From Gammaproteobacteria bacterium (GTDB lineage: Bacteria > Pseudomonadota > Gammaproteobacteria > 21-64-14), in contig JALUXX010000016.1 of the NCBI GenBank assembly GCA_027013145.1, positions 254,183 to 318,182 of the forward strand: a stretch of 64,000 nucleotides of DNA, given 5' to 3'. How positions within the stretch are numbered: the stretch's first letter is position 1; the number at the start of each line of letters is the position of its first letter. The position numbers were made by a program, and so were the translations under genes. The notes below the pieces were generated by a model, which was given only the letters and a program-made list of their open reading frames with translations, made no database searches and had not been told where the DNA came from. This document shows, piece after piece, positions 7,963 through 18,514 of this stretch.

Positions 7963-9945
7963 ATGTTTCGCGCACTACTTCCGATGACCGGCAACGAGAC
8001 CGCGGGCGCGGCGGCGCACGCGCGCGGCGACGGGCAACACCGGGAGGACGCGGCGGCCGCGATCCGCTACCGCGCGTGGAGCCAGGCGGTCGAGGCCTGC
8101 CTCCATACGGGACGCGACTATCGGGATCTGGACCCGTGGGTGGACCGCATCGGCGACGGGATCGCCTTCGAGGACTGCCCGCAGTCGCTGCGCGGCGTCG
8201 TGCGCGGCGGGCTGTTCCAGGCGTTGCACCTGCGCCGGCCCGACGACGGGCGTCTGCCGGCGCTCGCCGAGGCGATCGCGGACGACCTCTATCGCGAGTC
8301 CCCGGCGGGTGACGGTGGCGGTCTGCCGCGCGCGGTGCTCGCCAACCGTCTCATGGCCTATTTCGTCTGGGGGGGCGACCTCGCGGCCGCGGCCCCGCTC
8401 GCGGCGTGGATCGGGCACGCCCTCGCCGGCGGGCCGCGGGGGGCGGAGGCGGCCGCCCTGCAGGCGAGCGAGGCGCTCCACGCCTGGGCCTCGGGCAACG
8501 GGAGGCGCGCCGCCGAGGCGGTCGACGCCGGACTCGCGGCGGCCGAGTCGGCCCCGGCCCCCGAGTGGCGTTTCCAACTGCACGCGCACGCCGCCTATGC
8601 GGCCCTGTGCCGACGCGACGACGAGCGGACGCACCGCCACCTCGAGGCCCTGCGCGGGCTGGCGGCGGAAGGGGGCACTCTGGAGGCCTGCCACTATCAT
8701 ATGTTGGCCTCCCTCGCGACGCTCGCCGAAGGCGATTACGCCGAGGCCGCCGAGCATACCGGGATTGCGCTGGTCCTTGCGCGCCGCCTCGGGGCGCCGC
8801 TGATCGACGCCTTCGCGCGCCTCGGGCTGTGCCGCATCGCCGTCGAGCGCGGTGAGGCGGTGGCCGGCGAGCTGTTGCGGGAGGTGGGGACGCTCGCCTC
8901 GCGCTGTCGCAACCGGCTGCTCGAACACCTCACGCTGCTCCTGGAGGCGCGCCACAGCCTGGAGGGCGGGCAGCGCCGCCGCGCCACCGCCCAGGTGCGC
9001 CGGGCCTTCGACCTGGTGCGTCGCTACGGAGTGGGCGGGCTGCCGTGGTGGGGCGAGCGCTCGTTGACCTTCGCCTGCGAGACGGCCCTGCGCGCCGGAG
9101 TCGAGCGTGAGTTCGTCCGCGGACTGATCGAGCGCCATCGGCTGGTCCCGCACAGCGCCGATATCGACGACTGGCCGCATCGCCTGCGCATCTATACCCT
9201 GGGCCGCTTCTCGGTGGTGTGCGACGCGGCGCCCGTGCGCTTCGACCGCAAGCCCCAGCGCCGCCCCATGGACCTGCTGAAGGTGCTGGTGGCCCTAGGC
9301 GGGCGCGACGTCCCCGTCGACCGGGTGTGCGCGATCCTGTGGCCCGAGGCCGAGGGCGATGCGGCGCACCACGCCTTCGAGACCGCGCTCTACCGTCTGC
9401 GTCGCCTCATCGGAATCGATGCGGCGGTGACGGTGGCGGGCGGGCGCCTGTCCCTGGACAACCGCCACTGCTGGGTGGACGTGTGGGCCCTCGAGCGTGT
9501 GCTCTCCCGGATCGACCGGCTGGTGCACGGCCGCGATACCGGGCGCCGGCGCGAGCGCCTCGCGCACCTGATGGACCGCGCGCTCGAGTTGTATCACGGT
9601 GATTTTCTCGGCGCGGAGGCGGGCGAGTCGTGGACGATCCGCCTGCGCGAGCGCCTGCGCAGCAAGTTCGTGCGCCGCCTCGCCGAGATCGGGGCGGCCT
9701 GGGAGGCCATGCAGGAATGGGACCGCGCCGCCGCCTGTTATGAAAAGGGGCTCGACGTCGACGACCTCGTCGAGGTCTTCCATCAGCGTCTGATCGCCTG
9801 CCACGCCGCGCTCGGGCGCAAGGCGGAGGCGCTGGTCGCCTACCGTCGCTGCCGGCGCACCCTGTCCCTCGTGCTCGGCATCGCGCCCTCCGCGGAGACC
9901 GAGGCGCTGATGCGCCGCGTACTGCGCGCCCCGACCGCCCCCTGA
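7963..9945 (+). CDS. Transcriptional regulator: long helical (TPR-like) N-terminal region followed by an OmpR/SARP-type winged helix and a BTAD domain at the C-terminus
   Basis: 660 aa. The C-terminal third (LRIYTLGRFSVV...PQRRPMDLLKVLVALGG...ALYRLRRLIG...LYHGDFL...) matches wHTH+BTAD. The exact start is uncertain. Confidence 0.7.
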   Translation: MFRALLPMTGNETAGAAAHARGDGQHREDAAAAIRYRAWSQAVEACLHTGRDYRDLDPWVDRIGDGIAFEDCPQSLRGVVRGGLFQALHLRRPDDGRLPALAEAIADDLYRESPAGDGGGLPRAVLANRLMAYFVWGGDLAAAAPLAAWIGHALAGGPRGAEAAALQASEALHAWASGNGRRAAEAVDAGLAAAESAPAPEWRFQLHAHAAYAALCRRDDERTHRHLEALRGLAAEGGTLEACHYHMLASLATLAEGDYAEAAEHTGIALVLARRLGAPLIDAFARLGLCRIAVERGEAVAGELLREVGTLASRCRNRLLEHLTLLLEARHSLEGGQRRRATAQVRRAFDLVRRYGVGGLPWWGERSLTFACETALRAGVEREFVRGLIERHRLVPHSADIDDWPHRLRIYTLGRFSVVCDAAPVRFDRKPQRRPMDLLKVLVALGGRDVPVDRVCAILWPEAEGDAAHHAFETALYRLRRLIGIDAAVTVAGGRLSLDNRHCWVDVWALERVLSRIDRLVHGRDTGRRRERLAHLMDRALELYHGDFLGAEAGESWTIRLRERLRSKFVRRLAEIGAAWEAMQEWDRAAACYEKGLDVDDLVEVFHQRLIACHAALGRKAEALVAYRRCRRTLSLVLGIAPSAETEALMRRVLRAPTAP

Positions 9946-10175
9946 ATCGCCCCGCGTAGCGTCGTACGGCGGGCCGGTGCCCGGCCGGCGCGCCCGTGCG
10001 CCTGCGTGCCCCACCCGCCGCCCGGCACGGCGCGGTTCGCCCCCGCTCGACCGATCCCCCGGCCCAACCCGGCCTCGCCCCGCAATCCGTGAGTCATCCG
10101 TGAGGTGGAGTCCGTAGGCTGGAATGCAAACAACCCGGGCGCAGGACGGTGCAGGACCCGGGGAAGAGGGGCGTG

Positions 10176-10373
10176 ATGGATACGTATATCGTGCGGATCT
10201 ACCGGCGCGACGCGCAGGACCCGGAGCGCATGGTGGGGCGGGTGGAAAACGCCGAGAGCGGCGAGCAGCGGACCTTTCGCGATGCCGGCGAACTGCTGCG
10301 CTGCATCGGCGGCACCGAGGGTCCGGCCGTGAGCGCGGGGCGCAGCGGCCGCAGGGCGGCCAAGTCGGGATGA
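10176..10373 (+). CDS. Small hypothetical protein (65 aa), N-terminus MDTYIVRIYRRD
   Basis: ATG at 10176 lies inside the 74-aa track ORF, preceded by gaagagggg. Third-position G/C bias is strong. The YIVRIYRR...VGxVE...G.....F....EL pattern resembles small ORFs I recall from other proteobacteria. That recollection is unverified. Confidence 0.5.
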   Translation: MDTYIVRIYRRDAQDPERMVGRVENAESGEQRTFRDAGELLRCIGGTEGPAVSAGRSGRRAAKSG

Positions 10374-10467
10374 GGGTGCCTCCGGGATCGGAGGCACTCG
10401 AGGGAGCGAGGGCCGGGGGTCGGGGGCGGGAGCGCCCGCGGCGGCGGCGCGGAGGAGCATAGACAAC

Positions 10468-11205
10468 ATGGGCACGAAAAAAACCTTCTGCGGGGCGCTG
10501 GTGCTCGCAGTCTCGATGCTTCCGGCCGTGGCCGGTGCGGCGTCGATTTCCTACTACCTGAGCCGGTCGAGCCAGCCGACCGATCTGCCGGACGGCACCG
10601 ACTATCTGATGGTGACGCTCCGGGACGGTGCGACGCCCGATTCCGTGGACTTCACCGTGCGCACGCTGGCGCCGCTCAACACCGCCGCGGTGCGGCGCTT
10701 CGGGATCCAGCAGTTCGGCTTCCAGCTCGCGGGCGATGCGCCGCCGAGTGGGGTGAGCCTGAGCGGGCTGCCCTCGGACTGGCGCCCGACCCGGCGCGAC
10801 CGCTTGAAGATGTCGATCTTCGGGCGCTTCCAGTTCGGGCTGCGCGGCGACGGGGACGTACGGCAGGACCCGCTGCGCTTCACGGTGCACGGCGTCGGCG
10901 TCGACGGGATCGCGCCCCGGTTCGCGGCCTACGTGGCGGGATTCGAGAGCGCCAACGCCGGCCGTTATACCCGTTTCGAGTTACGCATGGGTCCGGACGG
11001 TCGCGGCGGGTCCGAAGTCGACGACGTCGACGGTGACTTCGACCGCCACGAAGGCTTCGACGAACACGACGGGATCGAGAGCGCCTACTTCGGCGGCGGC
11101 GTCCCGGTGGCGCCGGTACCGCTTCCCGCGGCGGCATGGCTGATGCTGGGCGGGCTCGCCGCGCTCGGCGCCTTCGCGCGCCGCGGCGGTGCGCGCAACG
11201 CGTGA
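10468..11205 (+). CDS. Secreted protein with VPLPA-CTERM sorting signal
   Basis: 245 aa. Has an N-terminal signal peptide (ALVLAVSMLPAVAGA) and a C-terminal VPLPAAAWLMLGGLAALGAFARRGG, i.e. motif, TM helix and basic tail. An acidic D/E/G-rich linker precedes the motif. Confidence 0.75.
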   Translation: MGTKKTFCGALVLAVSMLPAVAGAASISYYLSRSSQPTDLPDGTDYLMVTLRDGATPDSVDFTVRTLAPLNTAAVRRFGIQQFGFQLAGDAPPSGVSLSGLPSDWRPTRRDRLKMSIFGRFQFGLRGDGDVRQDPLRFTVHGVGVDGIAPRFAAYVAGFESANAGRYTRFELRMGPDGRGGSEVDDVDGDFDRHEGFDEHDGIESAYFGGGVPVAPVPLPAAAWLMLGGLAALGAFARRGGARNA

Positions 11206-11287
11206 AGTGCCGGCGGCGGCAAGGCGAACGCAAAAGAGCTTCGGGCGCGGCAGGGGCCGCGCACCGGGTCGAGAGGAGGTACCCTTC

Positions 11288-12169
11288 ATGGCGGAAACAA
11301 TAAGAATGTCGATGCGCACGGTGCGCGGATGGGCCGCGACGGTCGTGATCCTGAGCCTGCTGGCCGCGGCGGGCGCGACGGCGCAGGCGGCGACGGTGAC
11401 CGCCCTCGCGCCGCTGATCCCCGGTACGTTCACGGCCGGAAACGGGGTCAACAGCCATTGGGTCCAGGTGCAGCCGACGTTTCAAGGGCCGAGCACGCTG
11501 ACCCCGACGGCGCTCGACGGGGTGGCGGCCCTTCCGGGGATCGCGACCCTGTGGGACGCGACCACCGCCCTCGGGCTGTCCGCCTCGGACCCGCGCGTGG
11601 TGCGCTCCGCGGACGCCGTGCTCCCCACGGTCAACGTCGGGAACGCGGAGTTCAACACGCGGTGGGCCGCGACCTGGGGCGCGGCCGATCCGGTCCCGCT
11701 GTTCGCATCGGGCGCCGGATCCCAGACCGATTACGCCGGGCACGTGTTCGGCTATATCGCCGTCACCGATCCGGGTCTCTACAACTTCGGCGTGCTCTCG
11801 GACGACGGCTTTCAGTTCACATTGGTGGGCGCGGACGGCTCGCGCGCCATGGCCCTCGACGGGCTCTCGCCGCGCGACCGCTTCGCCTTCGGTCCCGACC
11901 AGTCCGGGCACGGCTTCCGCTTCACCGCCGCCTGCGACTGCAACCTCGACCTCGGTGCCGGGCTCTATTACTTCGATCTCGTGGGCTACAACCACCTCGA
12001 GGCCGGTGTCCTGAACCTCGGCTGGTGGCCGAACGGCGGGCCGTTCGAGACCATCCCGCAGTCCCACCTCTACACCGCGGCGCCCGTGCCCCTGCCCGCG
12101 GCCGTGTGGTTGTTCCTCTCCGGGGCGACCCTGGGTCTCGGCCTCCTGCGTCGGCGCCGGCGCGTCTGA
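11288..12169 (+). CDS. Secreted PA14-like-domain protein with VPLPA-CTERM sorting signal
   Basis: ATG 11288 follows GAGAGGAGG. Has the signal peptide VVILSLLAAAGATAQA. A central segment, GHVFGYIAVTDPGLYNFGVLSDDGFQFTL, resembles the PA14 core. The C-terminus is VPLPAAVWLFLSGATLGLGLLRRRRR. Confidence 0.75.
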   Translation: MAETIRMSMRTVRGWAATVVILSLLAAAGATAQAATVTALAPLIPGTFTAGNGVNSHWVQVQPTFQGPSTLTPTALDGVAALPGIATLWDATTALGLSASDPRVVRSADAVLPTVNVGNAEFNTRWAATWGAADPVPLFASGAGSQTDYAGHVFGYIAVTDPGLYNFGVLSDDGFQFTLVGADGSRAMALDGLSPRDRFAFGPDQSGHGFRFTAACDCNLDLGAGLYYFDLVGYNHLEAGVLNLGWWPNGGPFETIPQSHLYTAAPVPLPAAVWLFLSGATLGLGLLRRRRRV

Positions 12170-12173
12170 GCGT

Positions 12174-12210
12174 GGGGGCGGAGGGACGCGGTTCCCTCCG
12201 CCCCCGTTTT
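12174..12210 (+). terminator. Rho-independent terminator
   Basis: 13-bp perfect stem gggggcggaggga (12174-12186) / tccctccgccccc (12193-12205), 6-nt loop, then GTTTT. It begins 5 nt after the stop of the second VPLPA-CTERM gene. Confidence 0.7.
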
Positions 12211-12268
12211 CGCCTAATCTTTCGCTTCGCCGGCCACTCTCACCAGCCATCCCCGCCGGGGCGACCTC

Positions 12269-12487
12269 ATGCCTTACTTCATCTACAGGATCGGACCGCT
12301 CGGTGTGCTCGAGCCCCTGGGCTGCGCCGAACGCTTTCAGGACGCCAAGGCGCGCGCGCGGGAACTGCGTCGCGAGGCGGGGAGCGTCGAGTCGGTCCGC
12401 ATCGTCTTCGCGGCCAACGAGTTGGAGGCCGAGGAACTGCTCTCGCGCCCGCCCCCCTCCGGTCCGCAGCGGTTGGGGGAGGAGTGA
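12269..12487 (+). CDS. Small hypothetical protein (72 aa)
   Basis: MPYFIYRIGPLGVLEPL.... Codon third positions are G/C-biased like real genes. No family recognised. Its stop is 3 nt from the convergent glgX stop. Confidence 0.5.
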   Translation: MPYFIYRIGPLGVLEPLGCAERFQDAKARARELRREAGSVESVRIVFAANELEAEELLSRPPPSGPQRLGEE

Positions 12488-12490
12488 CCC

Positions 12491-14560
<2,070 letters not shown>

Positions 14561-14599
14561 CTCCCGCCGCGGGTCCTCACGCCCGGTGCCGCTGCCGGA

Positions 14600-15109
14600 T
14601 CAGGGAAACGGCGGTACGGTGGGTTCGGTGCCCTCGATCTCCGCGTCCGGATGATGCTTCGACACGAGCGCTTCGATCTCCGCTACGCGGCCTTTCGGGA
14701 CGTCCACCATCATCAACAGTTCGCCGTTCTCGATGGCCTGCTGAAACTGCGCGATCCGGCTGTTGGGTGCGCTGACCCCGATCATCGTCGACATCAAGGC
14801 CCCGAACCCGGCGCCCGCCAGGCCGATGCCCAGGATCGCCCCGCCGCCGAGGACGAGGCCGGCGGGCGGGAAGCTCACCGCGACGATGCCGGCCAGGATG
14901 CCGGTGGCCCCGCCGACGCCGATACCGCGCTCGAGGGCGGGCACCAGGTCGCTCTTCTGCGCGAGTGAGGCCTCGGGCAGGTTCTCGAGCGACACGCCCT
15001 CCCTGGCGATGATATGAATGTGGCGCTCTTCCACCCGCGCCAGCAACAGTTCGTCCACGATCCGCTTGGCCTCGGAAACCCCCGGGACCAGAAAGTAGAT
15101 GCGTCGCAT
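14600..15109 (-). CDS. Membrane protein with a glycine-zipper core (DUF1269-like)
   Basis: 169 aa. Soluble ends flank a G/A/I/L-rich segment, GIGVGGATGILAGIVAVSFPPAGLVLGGGAILGIGLAGAGFGALMSTMIG. The family call is tentative. Confidence 0.6.
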   Translation of the reverse strand: MRRIYFLVPGVSEAKRIVDELLLARVEERHIHIIAREGVSLENLPEASLAQKSDLVPALERGIGVGGATGILAGIVAVSFPPAGLVLGGGAILGIGLAGAGFGALMSTMIGVSAPNSRIAQFQQAIENGELLMMVDVPKGRVAEIEALVSKHHPDAEIEGTEPTVPPFP

Positions 15110-15202
15110 GCTGCCCCCTCCCTTTGCCTCCGGCGCGCGCGCCGTGTCTCCGGCAATGCTAGCACGCGGTCCGCCGGCGGGGCCCGCGGCCCGGGGTGGG
15201 CC

Positions 15203-18200
15203 TCAGCGGTCGCCGCTCCCCGCGACCGGCTGTGTCCGCGCGCCGTCGCTTCCGCGCTGCCAGATCTGATAGAGCAGGGGGATGACGAACAGCGTCAGGA
15301 TCGTCGAGGCGAAGGTGCCCGAGATCAGGGCCACCGCCAGCCCCCCGAAGACCGGGTCCTGAATCATGACCGCGGAGCCGAACATGATCGCCAGCGCCGT
15401 CAGCAGGATCGGGCGGAAGCGCACCGCGCCGGCCTCGCGCACGGCCTCGCCGAGCGGCACGCCGCGGCGGCGGTAGTCGAGGATGAAGTCGATCAGCAGC
15501 AGCGAGTTGCGCACGACGATGCCGGCGAGCGCGATGAAGCCGATCATCGAGGTCGCGTTGAACGGGACGTGGAACAGCCAGTGCCCGGGAAAGATGCCCA
15601 CGAGCGTGAGCGGGATGGCGCCCATGACGATCAGCGGCAGGATGAAGCTTTGATAGTAGGCCACCAGCAGCAGGTAGATGAAGATGAGCGCGACGATGAA
15701 GGCGGTGCCCAAGTCGCGGAAGACGTCGAGCGTCAGGCGCATGTCCCCGCCCCAGAGGATCTGGTAGCGGCTCACGTCGTCGGGCTGGGTCGGGAAGAAG
15801 CCCAGGTTGCCCGTCGTCACGCGCACGCCCGGCGACAGGGTGCGCCCGTCGAGGCGGTGGTCGAGCACGAGGGCGGCGTACTCGGGCGAGAAGCCGAGGA
15901 CGTCGCCCATTACGTAGACGACGGGATGGCCGTCGCGCGAGAAGACCGGCTTGGCGGCGTCCACGCGGCGGATCTCGGCGATGCTCCCGAGCGGGATCTC
16001 CTTGCCCATGGGATTGGTGATCGTGAGGTCCTCGATCTGCTGGATCCAGGCGCGGTGCGCGCGGTCGAGGCGCACGATGATGTCCTCGGGCTCCACCGTC
16101 GGCCGGAACATCGAGCCGATGGTCTTGCCGGCGACCAGATCGTGGATCAGGGCGGCGACCTGTCCGGGGACGACCCCGGCGAGCATGGCCTTGCGCGGAT
16201 CGACATGGATGCGGTACTCGGCGCGGGTCGCCGTGACCGAGTCGTGGACGTTGATCATTCCGTAGACGTCGCGGAATCGTGCGCCGACGGCCGTGGCCAG
16301 GCGGCGCTGGACGGCGTAGTCGGGGCCGTAGATCCGCGCCACGACCTGGGCGCGCGTCGGCGGTCCGGGGGGGACCAGGAACAGCATGATGTGCGTCTTC
16401 GGAAAGCGCGCGCGCAGCGGGGCGAGGGCCCGCCAGACCGCGGCGCCGACTTCGGCGGTGTGCGGGCGCCGGGCCTTGGGTACGAGATTGACGATGACCT
16501 GGGCGATGTTGCCGCCGCGCATCATCTCGTCGCCGCGCACCATCCCGGCGAAGCTCAGCGGGCCCGTGCGTCCGACGTAGCCGACCACGTCGCGTACGTA
16601 CGGGTTGCGCGCCGCGATGCGCGCGGCGTCGCGGGCGATGCGGTCGGTGGCCGGCAGCGCCGTTCCCGCCGGCGTCTGGATCTGGATGGTAAAGGTGCTG
16701 ACGTTGCCCTCCGGCAGCATCTTCAGGCTCACGCCGAACAGGCTCTCCGGTCCGTTCATGCCCTGGGGACGGATGAACTGCCACGCCGGCATGAGCAGGG
16801 AGGCGAGCAGCAGCACGAGGACGATGCCGAAGAAGATGTTGCGCGCCGTGCGTCGCTCCTGCAGCGGGACGAACAGGCGCAGGAAGATGCGCCGCAGCGG
16901 GTCGCGCGGGGACGCATCCTCTTCCTCGAGGCTCGGCCGCTCCAGGGCCTCGCGCCGGGCGGCCGCCTGCTTGTGCAGCCAGCGCAGCGCGATGTAGGGA
17001 ACGACGACGTAGGCCAGGCCGAGCGAGGCGATCATGGCGATCGGCACGTTGATCGGGATCGGGCGCATGAACGGACCCATCATCCCGGTGACGAACAGCA
17101 TCGGGATGAAGGCGAGGATCACCGCCAGCGTGGCGACGTTGGTGGGGTTGCCGATCTCGTTGGTGGCGTCGACGATCAGCGGCGCGAAGTCGCGCGGCTT
17201 GCGCAGGTGGTGGAGGTGACGGTGGATGTTCTCGATGACCACGATCCCGGCGTCGACCAGCAGCCCGAGCGAGAGGATGAGGGCGAAGAGCGTGATGCGG
17301 TTGATGGTCTGGCCGATGACCAGCCCGACGCCGAGGACGACGAACAGCGTCAACGGGACGAGCAGGGTGACGATCACGCCCTCGCGCCAGCCGAGGAAGA
17401 AGAACAGGATCACGAGCACCACACCGGCGGCGACCGCGAGGTGCTCGATGAGCGTGTTGACCGCCTCGTCGGCGCGGTGGCCGTAGTCGCGCGTGACGGT
17501 GACGTGCACACCCTCGGGCAGGGCCTCGCGCTCGAGTGTGTGCAGCTTGGCGAGTACCGCCCGCGCGACCGTCACGGCGTTGGTCCCGGGGCGTTTGCCG
17601 ATGGTGATGGTGACGGCGCTTTCGGGCGCGAAACCGGACGCGCCGGCCCCGCGGCCCGTGGCGATCCACGCGTGCCGCTGCCCGCTGCGCGGCCCCTGGA
17701 CGATGGTCGCGACCTCCTTCAGGAAGACCGGGCGCCGGTCGTGGACGCCGACGATGAGGTCGCCGAGGCCGCGCACGGAGGAGAAGGCGGCGTCGACGCG
17801 CAGCGGGATGCGCCGGTTGTCGTGCTCCAGTTCGCCCCCGGGTGCGACGACGTTGGAGCCCTTGAGTACCCCGAGCAGGCGTTCGAGCGGGATCCCCGCG
17901 CTGGCGAGGCGCTGGGGATCGATCAGGATCTTCACGGCCCGCGGCTCGGCGCCGATGACCGCGCTCAGCCCTACATTGGGGACGCTGTGGAGCTGGGTGA
18001 GGAAGTGCTCGGCCACCGCGCGCAGCCGGGTGCCGGAGAGAGTGGACGAACTGAGCGTGAGCGCGAGGATCGGCACGTCGTTGATGCCGATGCTCTTGAC
18101 GATCGGCCGCCGGGCCCCCGGCGGGAGGCGTTCGATGTTGCGCTGCAGCTCGTTGTAGAGGTACATCAGGCTGGCGGTCTCGTTGGCGCCGACCTCGAAC

Positions 18201-18514
18201 TGTACCGTGACGACGCCGACGTCGTCGGCCGCGTAGCCGTAGACGTGCTTGACGTGGCGCAGCGAATACATCAGCTGCTCGAGCGGCTGCACGACCTGGC
18301 GCTGGATCTGCTCGGGCCCGTTGCCGGGGCGGACGACGATGATCTCCGCGGCGGGGACGACGATCTCGGGGTTGTAGAGCCGCGGCGTGACGAGGATCGC
18401 CAGCACCCCGAACAGGGTGATGGCGAGCATGATCAGCGGGGTGATCTTGGTGTGCAGGAACGCGCGCGTCAGGCGCCCCGCGGAGTTGAGCGGCGCGTCG
18501 TCCCCGGTGCTCAT
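15203..18514 (-). CDS. RND efflux transporter permease (AcrB/AcrD/AcrF superfamily)
   Basis: 1103 aa with the typical 12-TM, two-large-loop architecture visible in the translation. Its ATG overlaps the MFP stop (ATGA at 18511-18514). Confidence 0.9.
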   Translation of the reverse strand: MSTGDDAPLNSAGRLTRAFLHTKITPLIMLAITLFGVLAILVTPRLYNPEIVVPAAEIIVVRPGNGPEQIQRQVVQPLEQLMYSLRHVKHVYGYAADDVGVVTVQFEVGANETASLMYLYNELQRNIERLPPGARRPIVKSIGINDVPILALTLSSSTLSGTRLRAVAEHFLTQLHSVPNVGLSAVIGAEPRAVKILIDPQRLASAGIPLERLLGVLKGSNVVAPGGELEHDNRRIPLRVDAAFSSVRGLGDLIVGVHDRRPVFLKEVATIVQGPRSGQRHAWIATGRGAGASGFAPESAVTITIGKRPGTNAVTVARAVLAKLHTLEREALPEGVHVTVTRDYGHRADEAVNTLIEHLAVAAGVVLVILFFFLGWREGVIVTLLVPLTLFVVLGVGLVIGQTINRITLFALILSLGLLVDAGIVVIENIHRHLHHLRKPRDFAPLIVDATNEIGNPTNVATLAVILAFIPMLFVTGMMGPFMRPIPINVPIAMIASLGLAYVVVPYIALRWLHKQAAARREALERPSLEEEDASPRDPLRRIFLRLFVPLQERRTARNIFFGIVLVLLLASLLMPAWQFIRPQGMNGPESLFGVSLKMLPEGNVSTFTIQIQTPAGTALPATDRIARDAARIAARNPYVRDVVGYVGRTGPLSFAGMVRGDEMMRGGNIAQVIVNLVPKARRPHTAEVGAAVWRALAPLRARFPKTHIMLFLVPPGPPTRAQVVARIYGPDYAVQRRLATAVGARFRDVYGMINVHDSVTATRAEYRIHVDPRKAMLAGVVPGQVAALIHDLVAGKTIGSMFRPTVEPEDIIVRLDRAHRAWIQQIEDLTITNPMGKEIPLGSIAEIRRVDAAKPVFSRDGHPVVYVMGDVLGFSPEYAALVLDHRLDGRTLSPGVRVTTGNLGFFPTQPDDVSRYQILWGGDMRLTLDVFRDLGTAFIVALIFIYLLLVAYYQSFILPLIVMGAIPLTLVGIFPGHWLFHVPFNATSMIGFIALAGIVVRNSLLLIDFILDYRRRGVPLGEAVREAGAVRFRPILLTALAIMFGSAVMIQDPVFGGLAVALISGTFASTILTLFVIPLLYQIWQRGSDGARTQPVAGSGDR

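Noticed and set aside
7230-8312. Small ORFs in and around the 560-bp intergenic region (7230-7694, 7749-7994, 7784-7975, 7797-8312)
   Set aside because: They lack third-position G/C bias where they cross the AT-richer DNA, have no ribosome-binding sites and overlap each other. Their translations are low complexity.
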